From Candidatus Omnitrophota bacterium (GTDB lineage Bacteria > Omnitrophota > Gorgyraeia > Zapsychrales > Zapsychraceae), in assembly GCA_050250375.1 (NCBI GenBank), contig JBFWOS010000001.1, positions 1,150,361-1,214,360 of the forward strand: DNA of 64,000 bases. Direction: 5' to 3'. Shown here piece after piece: positions 27,180 to 37,094 of this stretch. Made by a program: the position numbers and the translations under genes. Position 1 is the stretch's first letter; every line of letters begins with the position of its first letter. Under the pieces are notes generated by a model that was given only the letters and a program-made list of their open reading frames with translations, was not told where the DNA came from and did not search any database.

Positions 27180-29627
27180 ATGAAATTAAAATTACTTCTG
27201 ATCGGGTTGTTCGTATGTCTGGCATCGATTCCTTGTTTTTCCCAAGAAGCCGATTCGCCCAACGAATACTTTCCGAATGGTGATCTGAAAATACTTTGGG
27301 AGCCTAATGAAGGCACATCTCTTCTAACCCGCAAAGAATTTTATGAAAACGGCCGTTTAAAAAGTCAGGCCAACCTCATCAATAATAAACTCACCGGAAT
27401 CTATGTCGAATATTATGAAGACGGAAAACTTTATCTGGAAACGACCTACAAGGACGACGCTCTTAATGGGCCTTTTCGGGAATATTTTTCCAATGGCACG
27501 GTAAAATCCGAAGGTGAGTATATTGACGGTAAGCTGAACGGCATTCAATATATTTATTATAAAGACGGAAAGCTCAGCCAGGAAGCTAATTATGATAACG
27601 ACATCCTGCATGGGGTCGTAAAGATTTATTTCCCTAACGGCCAGATTCGTCAACTCTCCACCTACCGTTCCGGTAAGTTATCAGGACCCTTTAAAATTTA
27701 TGGTGAATTGGGCACCTTATTGTCTGATAGAAACTATGTCGATGATCTCCAGCAGGGTCCGTTTAATTCTTATCAGGACAGCGGGGTACTCTCGGAAAGC
27801 GGAACTTTCAAAGATGATAAGGTCGTGGTGCTGAAAAATTATACCCCCGATGGAATCCTGTTACGAGAAATAAACTTCCAAGATGGGCTTAAACATGGGG
27901 ATTATCGCGAATACTACAATTCGGGCGTTTTGAAAATATATAACACGTACGACAATGACATCTTGGTTTCCCAACAGGCCTATGATCAATACGGCCTTTC
28001 CATTAGCTATACAGACACTCAACCATCCGGTCAAATAAACTTCCTGTCTTCCTTCTCCAAAAAGGAAATTTTCTTTATTTTAGGCATACTCTTGTTGAGC
28101 ATTTTTGGAACAACCTTGGTTGTAAACGGTTATCACCGGATGGTTCGGCCCAAAACATTCATGGCCCAGGATGTTTATCCGGAAGTGAAACAAGAAAAAA
28201 CCCATGACAAAGATCATAACCCCAATGTGATTGACCCGAATGCCGACAAAATGTATCGAAGTCTGGTTGAAACGGTCCGCAGCGGGATATACCTGACCGA
28301 CGCTAAAGGTAAACTGATTTACGGCAACAATACTTTTTCCCAGTTGCTCGGCTTTAGAACAAAACCTGAAACGGCGGGTATGAACCTGGATGATACCTTT
28401 AGTGATTTTGAGCGAAACAAAAAGAAGTTTCTCGAACAACTGAATGAATCCAAAGCCGTGTATGACTATACCTTCAAATACAAAAAATCCGACGGAACCA
28501 TTGCAATATTATCTACTTCGGCCAATCATGTCTTTAACGACCGCGGTCAAATTATCGGTGTACAAGGCGTCATTATGGATATCACGGAGAAATTCCATCT
28601 GGAAGAAACCGTACGGACCGAAAAGAAAAAACTCGAACTTCTGCTCGACTTTTTTGAGACCATCGATACTATCCGGGAAATGGATGCTCTTACAAAATTT
28701 ATCATTAACGGGATCAGTGAAATTCTGGAATCCAACCGCTGTTCACTGATGATGGCAGAAAACGATTCCACCTCATTAAAAGTCTGTGAAGCCAAAGGTA
28801 TGGACAAAGACGTTATGGCTAGCACCAAAGTGGATTGGGGTGAACCCATCGCAGGAAAAGTTGCCAAAGAAGGCAAACCGATCCTGATCAAAAATATTGA
28901 ATATGATGATCATTATAAAGAGTTCAAAAAGCCATCCTACCGCGGCCGCTCCCTCATGGCGGCTCCGTTAATTTATAACGAAAATCTGGTCGGAGTAATC
29001 TGTGTAACCGACAAAAAGGATGAAATCCTTTACGGCGAACCATTCAATAATATCGATTTAAAAATCCTTATTACCATTGCCTCCAAGGTCGTGATCGCCC
29101 TGGAGAATGTCAAAATGTATAACGACCTGAACCTCCTTTCGCATACCGATCCGATCACGCAAATCTACAATTACCGGTTATTTTCCCAAAGCCTTGACCG
29201 GGAAATCTCGCGATTCAAGCGGGAAAAAAACGACCTGGCCATTTTTATGATGGATCTCGACAGTTTCAAATCATACAACGACACGTACGGCCACATTGAA
29301 GGAGATGAACTTCTAAAAAATCTTGGGAAAATTCTGAAAGAAAATCTGCGGGAAAGCGACATTGTCTGCCGTTACGCCGGGGACGAATTCTGTGTAGTCC
29401 TGCCGAACACCAATATCGAAGGCGCTCAGAAAGCGGCAGAGAAAGTAGTCAAAGGTGTCCGTGAATTTCCTCATTTTAAACGGGTGGTAACCATCAGCAT
29501 TGGAATTGCCCCTTACATCGATGGTTTGGATAAAAAAGAATTTATCAAACACGCCGATGCCGCTCTTTATGACGCCAAACATTCCGGAAAAAACACCGTT
29601 AAGGTTTACCAGCCTGAAGCTTCATAA
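27180..29627 (+). CDS. Diguanylate cyclase with extracytoplasmic MORN-variant repeats, TM, PAS, GAF and GGDEF domains
   Basis: Signal peptide; repeated YY.NG.L..EG.Y.DG.L.G units; TM; PAS (IYLTDAKG..GVIMDITE); GAF; DPIT, DLDSFK, YGH..GD, RESD I-site and RYAGDEF. Confidence 0.9.
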   Translation: MKLKLLLIGLFVCLASIPCFSQEADSPNEYFPNGDLKILWEPNEGTSLLTRKEFYENGRLKSQANLINNKLTGIYVEYYEDGKLYLETTYKDDALNGPFREYFSNGTVKSEGEYIDGKLNGIQYIYYKDGKLSQEANYDNDILHGVVKIYFPNGQIRQLSTYRSGKLSGPFKIYGELGTLLSDRNYVDDLQQGPFNSYQDSGVLSESGTFKDDKVVVLKNYTPDGILLREINFQDGLKHGDYREYYNSGVLKIYNTYDNDILVSQQAYDQYGLSISYTDTQPSGQINFLSSFSKKEIFFILGILLLSIFGTTLVVNGYHRMVRPKTFMAQDVYPEVKQEKTHDKDHNPNVIDPNADKMYRSLVETVRSGIYLTDAKGKLIYGNNTFSQLLGFRTKPETAGMNLDDTFSDFERNKKKFLEQLNESKAVYDYTFKYKKSDGTIAILSTSANHVFNDRGQIIGVQGVIMDITEKFHLEETVRTEKKKLELLLDFFETIDTIREMDALTKFIINGISEILESNRCSLMMAENDSTSLKVCEAKGMDKDVMASTKVDWGEPIAGKVAKEGKPILIKNIEYDDHYKEFKKPSYRGRSLMAAPLIYNENLVGVICVTDKKDEILYGEPFNNIDLKILITIASKVVIALENVKMYNDLNLLSHTDPITQIYNYRLFSQSLDREISRFKREKNDLAIFMMDLDSFKSYNDTYGHIEGDELLKNLGKILKENLRESDIVCRYAGDEFCVVLPNTNIEGAQKAAEKVVKGVREFPHFKRVVTISIGIAPYIDGLDKKEFIKHADAALYDAKHSGKNTVKVYQPEAS

Positions 29628-29635
29628 CTACATCT

Positions 29636-30010
29636 TCAGCGAATATAATTCTCGATCGCTTCTAACAATTGAGGGATATCAAACGGTTTTCCAAGGGCGG
29701 GATAAAAAGTTCCATCAATTTTGAGGCCTAATTCCTGGAGGCCTTCATCTTCACCGGAGACAAGAGCGGTCAAAAAAAGGACCGGGACATCTTTTAAGGC
29801 CGAGTCGCGTTTGATTGTTTTGATGGCATCGTCCCCGCTCATCCCGGGCATCATCATATCCATCAGAATCAGATCCGGACAATCCTCTCTGGCAAACTCA
29901 ATCCCGTCAACCGCATTCTGAAATGCGCTGACTTCATACCCTTCTTTCGACAAAACTGACTTGGTGATTTCACACAAATCTTTATCATCATCAATCAATA
30001 CAATCTTCAC
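29636..30010 (-). CDS. Single-domain response regulator (receiver)
   Basis: IDDD, DMMMP, FLT and KPF motifs. Confidence 0.9.
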   Translation of the reverse strand: MKIVLIDDDKDLCEITKSVLSKEGYEVSAFQNAVDGIEFAREDCPDLILMDMMMPGMSGDDAIKTIKRDSALKDVPVLFLTALVSGEDEGLQELGLKIDGTFYPALGKPFDIPQLLEAIENYIR

Positions 30011-30030
30011 ATTTGCCCCCTATAAATATA

Positions 30031-31887
30031 CTATTGTGTCTTGAACAAGCCCGCATTGTCAAGGGAGAGTCTTTCTATTTGGAATGAGGAACTTTTATAA
30101 ACAGAAAATCCGTCTTGAAAGAAAATGTTTTCATACAGCTTTCCGTTATATTCCAGAGTATTTCTTTCCACAGGCTCTTTCTTGAGAATTACGCACGGGT
30201 TAAAACCAGGCCGACTCAATTTATTTGATAAATTATCTACAGCTACGTGTTCCATTTTTTTGCGCACGGGTCCCGTTTGTAATAAAATCCACCAGGGATA
30301 CTCCCAGTCGTTCTCCCCCAGAGACAAACCGATATTTTTACACCCGGTCGAATTGACCGCATTAGCGGCTTTTTTATATCCAGGGTAACGGTCTCCTTCG
30401 GTTATAAAATATAAGGCCTCCCGTCCGGCATTAAATATTGTCGTCTTCTTACTGGAAACAAGCCGCTTTTTGGGGTTTTTAGTCAAAAGCGGAATTGACA
30501 AACCAAACAACAACACTGTCACTACGATTAATGTATTTTTTCCTCCATAAACTTCAAATACCGCCGCGGTCAGCGGGGCTCCGATAACGAATAATGGTAA
30601 ATGTAACCGGCTGCCCCATATTTGCCATTTTAATACAACACTCACCGCAACGAAGCATAACAAAACAGAAATTAAAAGCCCCTGCCAGACCTCTCTCTCC
30701 ATGCGTCCTTTTCGAAAAATAAGTATAAAAACAGAAACCACAAATAACAACAAGTGCGAAAAATTCCCGATTCCATCTTCATCAATGCCTTTAAAAATCC
30801 GGAACTCCCATCCAAGAGTTGTTCCTGGATCATTCGTTTCCAGCCCTAATAAATCATGAAATTTATAAATACCGTTTTCCATTGTTTTGTTGATGGTCTT
30901 AAAAGGAGTATTCAAATGAAGCCCGACATTGCGGATCAATAAGGACAAAATAGCTGTTGAAGTAAATTCACTGTTCTTTAATTCTATTGAGGATCCGGTC
31001 GGCGTAAAAATGTGCCCGCCTAATTGGTAATTTCTGAAAAAATGTGGAGCGTTTATTAGGAAAGCAATACTGCCAATTATGACAAATGATTTAAAGTTAA
31101 CTTCTTTTCTTGTGCTGAACAAGAAGCGCAGCATCAAAATCCCTCCATAAACGAGCATTGTCCCTTTGGTCAGAATACCCAACCCCAGACTCATCCCCGA
31201 CAAAATGGCGTATAGGATATTTTTCTCATGTTTTAACCTGTATAAAAATATAAACAAACATAAAAGCCAAAAGCCAACAACATAATCATTCTGGGTTGTG
31301 GTTGACTGCATGATTCCCATTGGGATAGTCGCAACCAAAAATGCGGCAAACAATTGCCCCTTACGTCCGGCCCCCATATATCCGGCTAATAACGATCCTC
31401 CGATACAACAACCCACCATCGAAAACCACTGGACAAGATTAGCCAAATAGTCTGTTCCGCTGAGAATCTGAAGGTGCAGGATAATATATTCCGCCATGGG
31501 TCCGGCCCATAATTGCCGGGTAATATTAGTTGCATAAAAAGAAACGGATTGATTCTGGATCCAGTGCGGGATCCTTCCCATATGGTACGTCATGGAATCA
31601 TAATTATTCGGCGGGGCGATCACAGCCATTATGCCCAATAAGGCGATGATCAAACCAGTCGCTAGCAGAATAAATAATTCTGATTTTCTAATATTTTCTG
31701 ATTTAAGGTCAGTGAATGAGAAACATTTGTAAAAATGGAGTCTGGAAAAAATGACAGAAACAACAATAAGCCAATAACCCATAACACCCCAAACATTTAA
31801 CCAGCGAAACAAACTTAACAATTCAGTACCCGCAAAGACTATAAAACCGAACAATACCATTGATTTTAAAATGTTCAGTCTCTTCAT
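30031..31887 (-). CDS. GT-C (GT39/PMT-like) membrane glycosyltransferase
   Basis: Multi-TM; PPNNYDSMTYH loop, TTQND and LTKG motifs. Confidence 0.75.
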   Translation of the reverse strand: MKRLNILKSMVLFGFIVFAGTELLSLFRWLNVWGVMGYWLIVVSVIFSRLHFYKCFSFTDLKSENIRKSELFILLATGLIIALLGIMAVIAPPNNYDSMTYHMGRIPHWIQNQSVSFYATNITRQLWAGPMAEYIILHLQILSGTDYLANLVQWFSMVGCCIGGSLLAGYMGAGRKGQLFAAFLVATIPMGIMQSTTTQNDYVVGFWLLCLFIFLYRLKHEKNILYAILSGMSLGLGILTKGTMLVYGGILMLRFLFSTRKEVNFKSFVIIGSIAFLINAPHFFRNYQLGGHIFTPTGSSIELKNSEFTSTAILSLLIRNVGLHLNTPFKTINKTMENGIYKFHDLLGLETNDPGTTLGWEFRIFKGIDEDGIGNFSHLLLFVVSVFILIFRKGRMEREVWQGLLISVLLCFVAVSVVLKWQIWGSRLHLPLFVIGAPLTAAVFEVYGGKNTLIVVTVLLFGLSIPLLTKNPKKRLVSSKKTTIFNAGREALYFITEGDRYPGYKKAANAVNSTGCKNIGLSLGENDWEYPWWILLQTGPVRKKMEHVAVDNLSNKLSRPGFNPCVILKKEPVERNTLEYNGKLYENIFFQDGFSVYKSSSFQIERLSLDNAGLFKTQ

Positions 31888-32474
31888 TTATTCGGCAAAC
31901 CGATGTCTTTGAAGTTGTATGTCCCCTTCTCTTCGTTAAAAATATCGGATGTGCTCAAAAATTTGATCAATTCTTCTCTGTCCGCGGTGACGACCGTTGA
32001 GGAGGCGTTCCCAAACATATCTTTCGATTCTGTCATCTCCCCTGAAATTTTCTTGTCCGCAATTGCTGCTTCCAATTTTTTCGAATCAATCAAGGCCAAT
32101 TTTAGCTGATGATCTTCTGTGATCTGGTAAGTAGCCAATTCGTAATCGGTTTCATCATCACTTCCATAATCTTTGTAATTGATATACCCCACCCCGTTAA
32201 CTTCGGCAGCGAACCCCTGATAATGCAAGACGTCCCCTTTTTCATCATTGGCAATGGTGAATAACGTGATGCATACCCCTTCTTCACAAGGCAGAAACAA
32301 CAAAAATCCATATTCCCCTTTCTCCTTATCCCGCATGCTCTCATCCACTTCCCACATTCCAATCAATCGTTCATCAAATTTGTTGTGTTCAGGATCAACC
32401 ACCGCGTGTTTGAACGTCGGATAACAACCCGACAGGAAAAACACCAACGCTACTAACAGCCATTTATTTTTCAT
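31884..32474 (-). CDS. Hypothetical lipoprotein
   Basis: Lipobox LSGC. Confidence 0.78.
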   Translation of the reverse strand: MKNKWLLVALVFFLSGCYPTFKHAVVDPEHNKFDERLIGMWEVDESMRDKEKGEYGFLLFLPCEEGVCITLFTIANDEKGDVLHYQGFAAEVNGVGYINYKDYGSDDETDYELATYQITEDHQLKLALIDSKKLEAAIADKKISGEMTESKDMFGNASSTVVTADREELIKFLSTSDIFNEEKGTYNFKDIGLPNK

Positions 32475-32778
32475 CTGATTTCAAGCTCCTTTTCCATTGA
32501 ATATATTTAATAACATGCGCAAAACACCAAAGGGACAAGACCAAAGAAACATACCAAAATATAAAACTCCAACCCTGGGTTTGTTTCCCAAAAGGAAAAA
32601 AAATATACACAATTGTCAGGTAAACCAGCCCTTCAATGAAAATTATTGTAACCGCGTTTTCAGGTTTTGAATATACTCCCGCAATAATATTCTTATAAAT
32701 ACCGCGGGACACATACAGACGATAGGCCATCCATAACATCATTAACAGAATTGTGAACAAATCGAATAGGGTGATCAT
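32464..32778 (-). CDS. Small hypothetical membrane protein
   Basis: Three hydrophobic helices; overlaps the lipoprotein start. Confidence 0.6.
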   Translation of the reverse strand: MITLFDLFTILLMMLWMAYRLYVSRGIYKNIIAGVYSKPENAVTIIFIEGLVYLTIVYIFFPFGKQTQGWSFIFWYVSLVLSLWCFAHVIKYIQWKRSLKSDEK

Positions 32779-32797
32779 GATTTACAGGGATTAAAAA

Positions 32798-32874
32798 CGC
32801 TCCCGATAGGATTTGAACCTATAACCTACTATCATGGATAGCGATGCGCTTTAACCAGTTAAGTCTACGGGAGC
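32798..32874 (-). ncRNA. Non-canonical tRNA-like RNA or pseudo-tRNA (CAT at the anticodon position)
   Basis: Perfect acceptor stem GCTCCCG/CGGGAGC and T-arm ATAGG-TTCAAAT-CCTAT; irregular D and anticodon arms; no encoded CCA. Confidence 0.65.
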
Positions 32875-32881
32875 ATGAGGT

Positions 32882-32890
32882 ATTCTATCA
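32882..32890 (-). promoter_or_regulatory. Extended -10 promoter for the tRNA-like RNA
   Basis: TGATAGAAT, 7 nt upstream of the acceptor stem. Confidence 0.5.
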
Positions 32891-32933
32891 CACTTAAATT
32901 CCAAGAAACAGCATGATATAAATTCATGGAGAG

Positions 32934-32963
32934 AAAAAGCCCAAACACTTGCGTGTTTGGGCT
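32934..32963 (-). terminator. Intrinsic terminator of the tRNA-Asp transcript
   Basis: AGCCCAAACAC/GTGTTTGGGCT stem followed by TTTT. Confidence 0.8.
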
Positions 32964-32972
32964 AAGAAAAAC

Positions 32973-33030
32973 GGGCCGTCAAAATTAAATATTTTTGACG
33001 CGCCTCACCACTTTTCTGAAAGAAAAGTGG
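32973..33030. repeat. tRNA-linked palindromic element, copy 2
   Basis: GGGCCGTCAAAA..TTTTGACGCGCCTCACCA plus hairpin CCACTTTTCT/AGAAAAGTGG that includes the tRNA CCA. Confidence 0.65.
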
Positions 33031-33104
33031 CGGGGTTGACGAGACTTGAACTCGCGGCCTCCGCCGTGACAGGGCGGCGTTCTAACCAACTGAACTACAA
33101 CCCC
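33028..33104 (-). tRNA. tRNA-Asp(GTC)
   Basis: GGGGTTGTAGTTCAGTTGGTTAGAACG-CCGCC-CTGTCAC-GGCGG...GTTCAAGTC...CCCCGCCA. Confidence 0.97.
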
Positions 33105-33139
33105 AAAGAATATTTATTGCCATTTCTATAATGGGAGAT

Positions 33140-33168
33140 ATATTACTATAGAAGCTTTTACCTGTCAA
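33140..33168 (-). promoter_or_regulatory. Sigma70 promoter of tRNA-Asp
   Basis: TTGACA-N17-TAATAT. Confidence 0.7.
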
Positions 33169-33266
33169 CTCTATTTAATCCGAGGGATTACCGTCGGATG
33201 GCCTGAAACTTTACAGTTATTTTTTGTTCAGATTGGACGTTAAATAATCAAATATCCATCATTCCT

Positions 33267-34169
33267 ATGCGAAAATCTTATTCACAAATCCTTTTAAAAC
33301 TGACCGTAACCATAATAACGCTCATTGGGGCGTCATCTCCCGGAATAGCCGAGGATTTCGACCTCTCCCCTTATCAAAAGCTCATCCCTTTGCATGAACC
33401 GAAACTGCCTCCCGGACCATACGACTGGATGAGCCAGCATCGCGAAAATGACCAAAGTTTTTATGAATACATAAAAAGTAACCCCATCCGTTCCGATGAA
33501 CAACGCAAATACATCTATATTGTTCTCCTGGGAAATTTTGATCAGGCCGGCCAGGAAATCATCCGGACAACTGCCCGGTTCATTGAAGCGTATTTTAATC
33601 TGCAAGTCCAATGGCTCGACCCGATTTCACTCGGTTCTATCCCGGATAAGGCCCGGCGCATCCATCCACAAACCTTGGACAACCAAATACTGACGACCTA
33701 TGTCCTTGAAGATATCCTAAAACCTATTCTGCCGGATGACGCGTTTTCTGTGATCGCCTTTACTTCATCCGATTTATGGCCCGGGGAGGGCTGGAATTTT
33801 GTCTTCGGCCAGGCATCCATCCAGGACCGGGTCGGTGTCTGGTCGATTTACCGAAACGGAAACCCTAATGGCAGTCATGAAGAAAATAAATTGTGTTTAC
33901 TGAGAACCGTCAAAACCGGGACACATGAACTGGGCCATATGTTTTCATTACCCCACTGCCTCTATTTTGAATGCAATATGAACGGCAGTAACCATAGGTC
34001 TGAATCCGACCGGCGCCCATTATGGCTGTGCCCTGTTTGTCTGAGTAAATTAATGTGGAATACCGGTGATAAACCGGGGAACAGATTCCAGAGCCTCATC
34101 AAGATCAGCAATGAACTGGGGATTGATATAACGATTCTGGAACAATCGCTAGATATATTAATCCAATAA
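33267..34169 (+). CDS. Archaemetzincin (peptidase M54) zinc metalloprotease, probably exported
   Basis: NFVFGQA, HELGHMFSLPHC...C.MNGSN and LCPVC motifs; signal-like N-terminus. Confidence 0.9.
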   Translation: MRKSYSQILLKLTVTIITLIGASSPGIAEDFDLSPYQKLIPLHEPKLPPGPYDWMSQHRENDQSFYEYIKSNPIRSDEQRKYIYIVLLGNFDQAGQEIIRTTARFIEAYFNLQVQWLDPISLGSIPDKARRIHPQTLDNQILTTYVLEDILKPILPDDAFSVIAFTSSDLWPGEGWNFVFGQASIQDRVGVWSIYRNGNPNGSHEENKLCLLRTVKTGTHELGHMFSLPHCLYFECNMNGSNHRSESDRRPLWLCPVCLSKLMWNTGDKPGNRFQSLIKISNELGIDITILEQSLDILIQ

Positions 34170-34227
34170 AAAAAGGAGCGGACTCCGATTTTCATTTTTG
34201 CCGCAGTTACCAGAGTCTGCCCCTTTT
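34168..34227. terminator. Probable bidirectional terminator between convergent genes
   Basis: AAAAGGAGCGGACTC/GAGTCTGCCCCTTTT inverted repeat with A/T tails. Confidence 0.6.
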
Positions 34228-34248
34228 AAAAAACCTTCTAAAACAAAT

Positions 34249-34683
34249 CTACGCCAGAAAAATATCGACCTTACCCAGCAAGAAGGCCATGACAAACAGC
34301 GCCACAGTCTCAATGATCCCCAGAGCAATAATGTAATTAGTCGCTCCCTTGCCGGTTTCTGCCAAGGAATCACAAGCGGCAGCGGCAGCCTTGCCCTGCA
34401 TCATCGCGGAAGCCCCCATCCCAAGGCCGCCGAGAATTCCAATACCCAATAACGGATGGCCTGCCGCAGCGGCAGTCGCAATTTTATTCATCAAAACCAT
34501 CCCGTATATCGTCTGAGACAAAGGAAATCCGACGAAGACCGTGATCAAAAAAGGAGCCGCTTTATTTTGCAAAAAAGATTTTTTCCAGGAACCAATGGCT
34601 CCCTGCGCCGCATATCCAGCTCCCAACGCAGATCCAACCGCCGCCAGAGATAAACAGGCCGCTACACCTATGTCTTCAAACAT
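34249..34683 (-). CDS. atpK: V/A-type ATPase subunit K (c ring)
   Basis: Four TM helices; PLSQTIYG and GIIETVALF with the conserved Glu. Confidence 0.92.
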   Translation of the reverse strand: MFEDIGVAACLSLAAVGSALGAGYAAQGAIGSWKKSFLQNKAAPFLITVFVGFPLSQTIYGMVLMNKIATAAAAGHPLLGIGILGGLGMGASAMMQGKAAAAACDSLAETGKGATNYIIALGIIETVALFVMAFLLGKVDIFLA

Positions 34684-34704
34684 TTTGAACCTCCCTCTTT
34701 TTAT

Positions 34705-36456
34705 TTAAGCTACTTTAATCGTTTTATTTAATGGCCGGTATTTCACCCCGGCCCATTCAAGACCCATGTGCCCCGAAAACTCCAGGACATTTAAACGAAC
34801 AGCGTGTACTAAGATTGCCATAAGGGCCAATATCATATTTAAAATGTGCAGCCCGAAAAATAAGACATAATTAAACCCAAACAGCGGTGTATTCCACATG
34901 CTGTTAGCAGCGTCGGCAACTGCTATTGTGGCTACTCCCACTGCAAACAACCGGATGTACGACACGATATCCGTTCCCGCGTTTATGATACTCAGCAAAA
35001 AAGGAATTGCTTCCGAACCAATCTTCTTTAGCAATTCACGGGGCGGCGCCATAAAGAACAAAGCCATTCCTGCTCCGCCGATAATCATCCACAAAGCAAA
35101 CGGGGGAAACGGACGGCCAAGCACAAACATATTGGCGACAAAATACATTCCCCATACGACAAGCAACCAACCGATCTGTGCCGCAGCTAAGATACTCGGA
35201 GTTAAACGTACAAATGCCCACAGCCGGGCGATGGTTAAGTGAATCAATGCAATCGTAAAACACAGATATTGCAAATTCTTGGGATCATTCAGCCAGGGAA
35301 CAATCGGTTTTACCGATGCCGGCAGCCAGGCCTGCCCGAAATAGGTTCCTGTTAAAACTCCAATCAAAACGGTGAACCCAGTTAACAAATACATCAACCA
35401 AAAAACAGTTTTGTCCTGCAGGCGTGATCCGAATTTGATATGACAAAATACGGTGGCCGCAAGAAAGATTAAACCATAGGCTGCGTCTCCAATCAAAAGG
35501 CCGAAGAACAGCGTAAAAAATATGAGGAAGACCGGACTGATATCCACTTCCTTATATCCAGGAAGAATTTCAATCAATTGAAATGCGGGTTTGCTCAAAT
35601 TGACCCACTGTGGATTTCTCAACTGGGTTGGAACCTCATCATCCGCGGTCGGAGCCTCAATCAAAATACCCCAATCGTTTTCCTTTGCGAACAACTTCAG
35701 ATTCAGCACCTGATCTTCCGGGATAAAACCCTTCAAAAAACAGATCTCATCATAATCATACATCCCGGACTGGGCCTCTTTTAAATCCAGCTGGTATTGG
35801 GCTTCCTGCCTGATCTTCCTAAATTGCTCCACATATTTAGTGTGTTCCCAAATGAGTTTTTCCAAATGGGTTGCTTCAGTCTGCTCTTCGGTCTGCAGTA
35901 ATTTCATTTTTTCCAGACTCACCGGCGGCGGATAAACCCGGTCATACGGCAGGTTTTTATTTTCCTGAAGAACGGCAACAAACCGCCTGAGATTCTTGGT
36001 AGCTCCCACTTCCTGAAAGATAACTCCCCCGGGAACTTCAATATTTTTCACAGACGTCGGAACTTCATACAAGTGAACAAAAATGCCTTTTTCAGCCAGA
36101 TCACGGATGTCCTGCGGCTCAAAATTTCCCCATTCTTCACATTTGGCAATACGCATGGCGCGCTTATCAATAAACTCCTGATGCTGATTATTCAAAGCCT
36201 GCAAATCCAGGACCTCGGTGGCTTTCTCTTTCCAGTCGTCGCACGGCTGTTGTTCCTGCCGGTTCTTTTTACTTTCCAGAACCCTGATGACCTGATCAAG
36301 TATTTCTACCGTTTCACGAGCCTTAGCAACCGTCTTTCCTGTCGGCGCCTGACTGTGCTCCACATGGACCGTCCCCAAATCGGCCAACCGTTCCAAAGCC
36401 GACTCAACGTCTTTTTTCTGGACGATCAAATGTATTTTTTTCATGGATACGATCAT
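34705..36456 (-). CDS. atpI: V/A-type ATPase subunit I
   Basis: FFGLLIGDAAYG, DIVSYIRLFAVG and HAVRLNVLEF motifs. Confidence 0.93.
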   Translation of the reverse strand: MIVSMKKIHLIVQKKDVESALERLADLGTVHVEHSQAPTGKTVAKARETVEILDQVIRVLESKKNRQEQQPCDDWKEKATEVLDLQALNNQHQEFIDKRAMRIAKCEEWGNFEPQDIRDLAEKGIFVHLYEVPTSVKNIEVPGGVIFQEVGATKNLRRFVAVLQENKNLPYDRVYPPPVSLEKMKLLQTEEQTEATHLEKLIWEHTKYVEQFRKIRQEAQYQLDLKEAQSGMYDYDEICFLKGFIPEDQVLNLKLFAKENDWGILIEAPTADDEVPTQLRNPQWVNLSKPAFQLIEILPGYKEVDISPVFLIFFTLFFGLLIGDAAYGLIFLAATVFCHIKFGSRLQDKTVFWLMYLLTGFTVLIGVLTGTYFGQAWLPASVKPIVPWLNDPKNLQYLCFTIALIHLTIARLWAFVRLTPSILAAAQIGWLLVVWGMYFVANMFVLGRPFPPFALWMIIGGAGMALFFMAPPRELLKKIGSEAIPFLLSIINAGTDIVSYIRLFAVGVATIAVADAANSMWNTPLFGFNYVLFFGLHILNMILALMAILVHAVRLNVLEFSGHMGLEWAGVKYRPLNKTIKVA

Positions 36457-36473
36457 AAAATACTGCTTCCTTC

Positions 36474-37091
36474 TTATACTTCCGCAAGCGCCAGGTCGCG
36501 TTCAACCACTTTTTTCTTGGCCACCTTGCTGACCCCCACGGCGTTCGCCTGCTGGTCTCCCAGATAAATCCTGATCTTACGGATATTATTCTGACATTCC
36601 GGTATCTTGACCTTCTCAAACAAGTTAACCCGCTGGGTCGTTGTCCGCAGTTCCTTTTCAAGGATTGCGATCTGTTTTTTAATAATTTCCACTTCCGTGA
36701 TCAGCCGGACGACGCCTCTTAATTCTTCCAGCCCTTTATCGACCCATAGTGGAGTTTCAAAATAATCGTACTCTGCCTGGTCGAAACTTAAATCTTCAAA
36801 AACCGGAACATCCGCCCCGGCCACATTCATCCGGTTAATTTTAATATTCTTCGGGGTGATCCAGGGTTTCAAATCGATCTCGGCATCACCGAGCAGTCCG
36901 GACCATTTTTTTATACCATTGTCCTTTTCGTATAACTTGGACAGCCGTTGTTCCAGCCATTTGCGCACTTCCAGAATTTTCATTTGCAATTGCTGTTTCT
37001 TCAGCTGCAGGGTGGGAAGATACCTCTTAAACTGCTTGAGGCTGTCCCGTTGTTTCTTTAATTCCCCTTTTGTTAATTTGATCTTGGACAT
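36474..37091 (-). CDS. atpD: V/A-type ATPase subunit D
   Basis: LPTLQLKK and ELRTTTQRVNLFEKV motifs. Confidence 0.93.
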   Translation of the reverse strand: MSKIKLTKGELKKQRDSLKQFKRYLPTLQLKKQQLQMKILEVRKWLEQRLSKLYEKDNGIKKWSGLLGDAEIDLKPWITPKNIKINRMNVAGADVPVFEDLSFDQAEYDYFETPLWVDKGLEELRGVVRLITEVEIIKKQIAILEKELRTTTQRVNLFEKVKIPECQNNIRKIRIYLGDQQANAVGVSKVAKKKVVERDLALAEV

Positions 37092-37094
37092 AAT

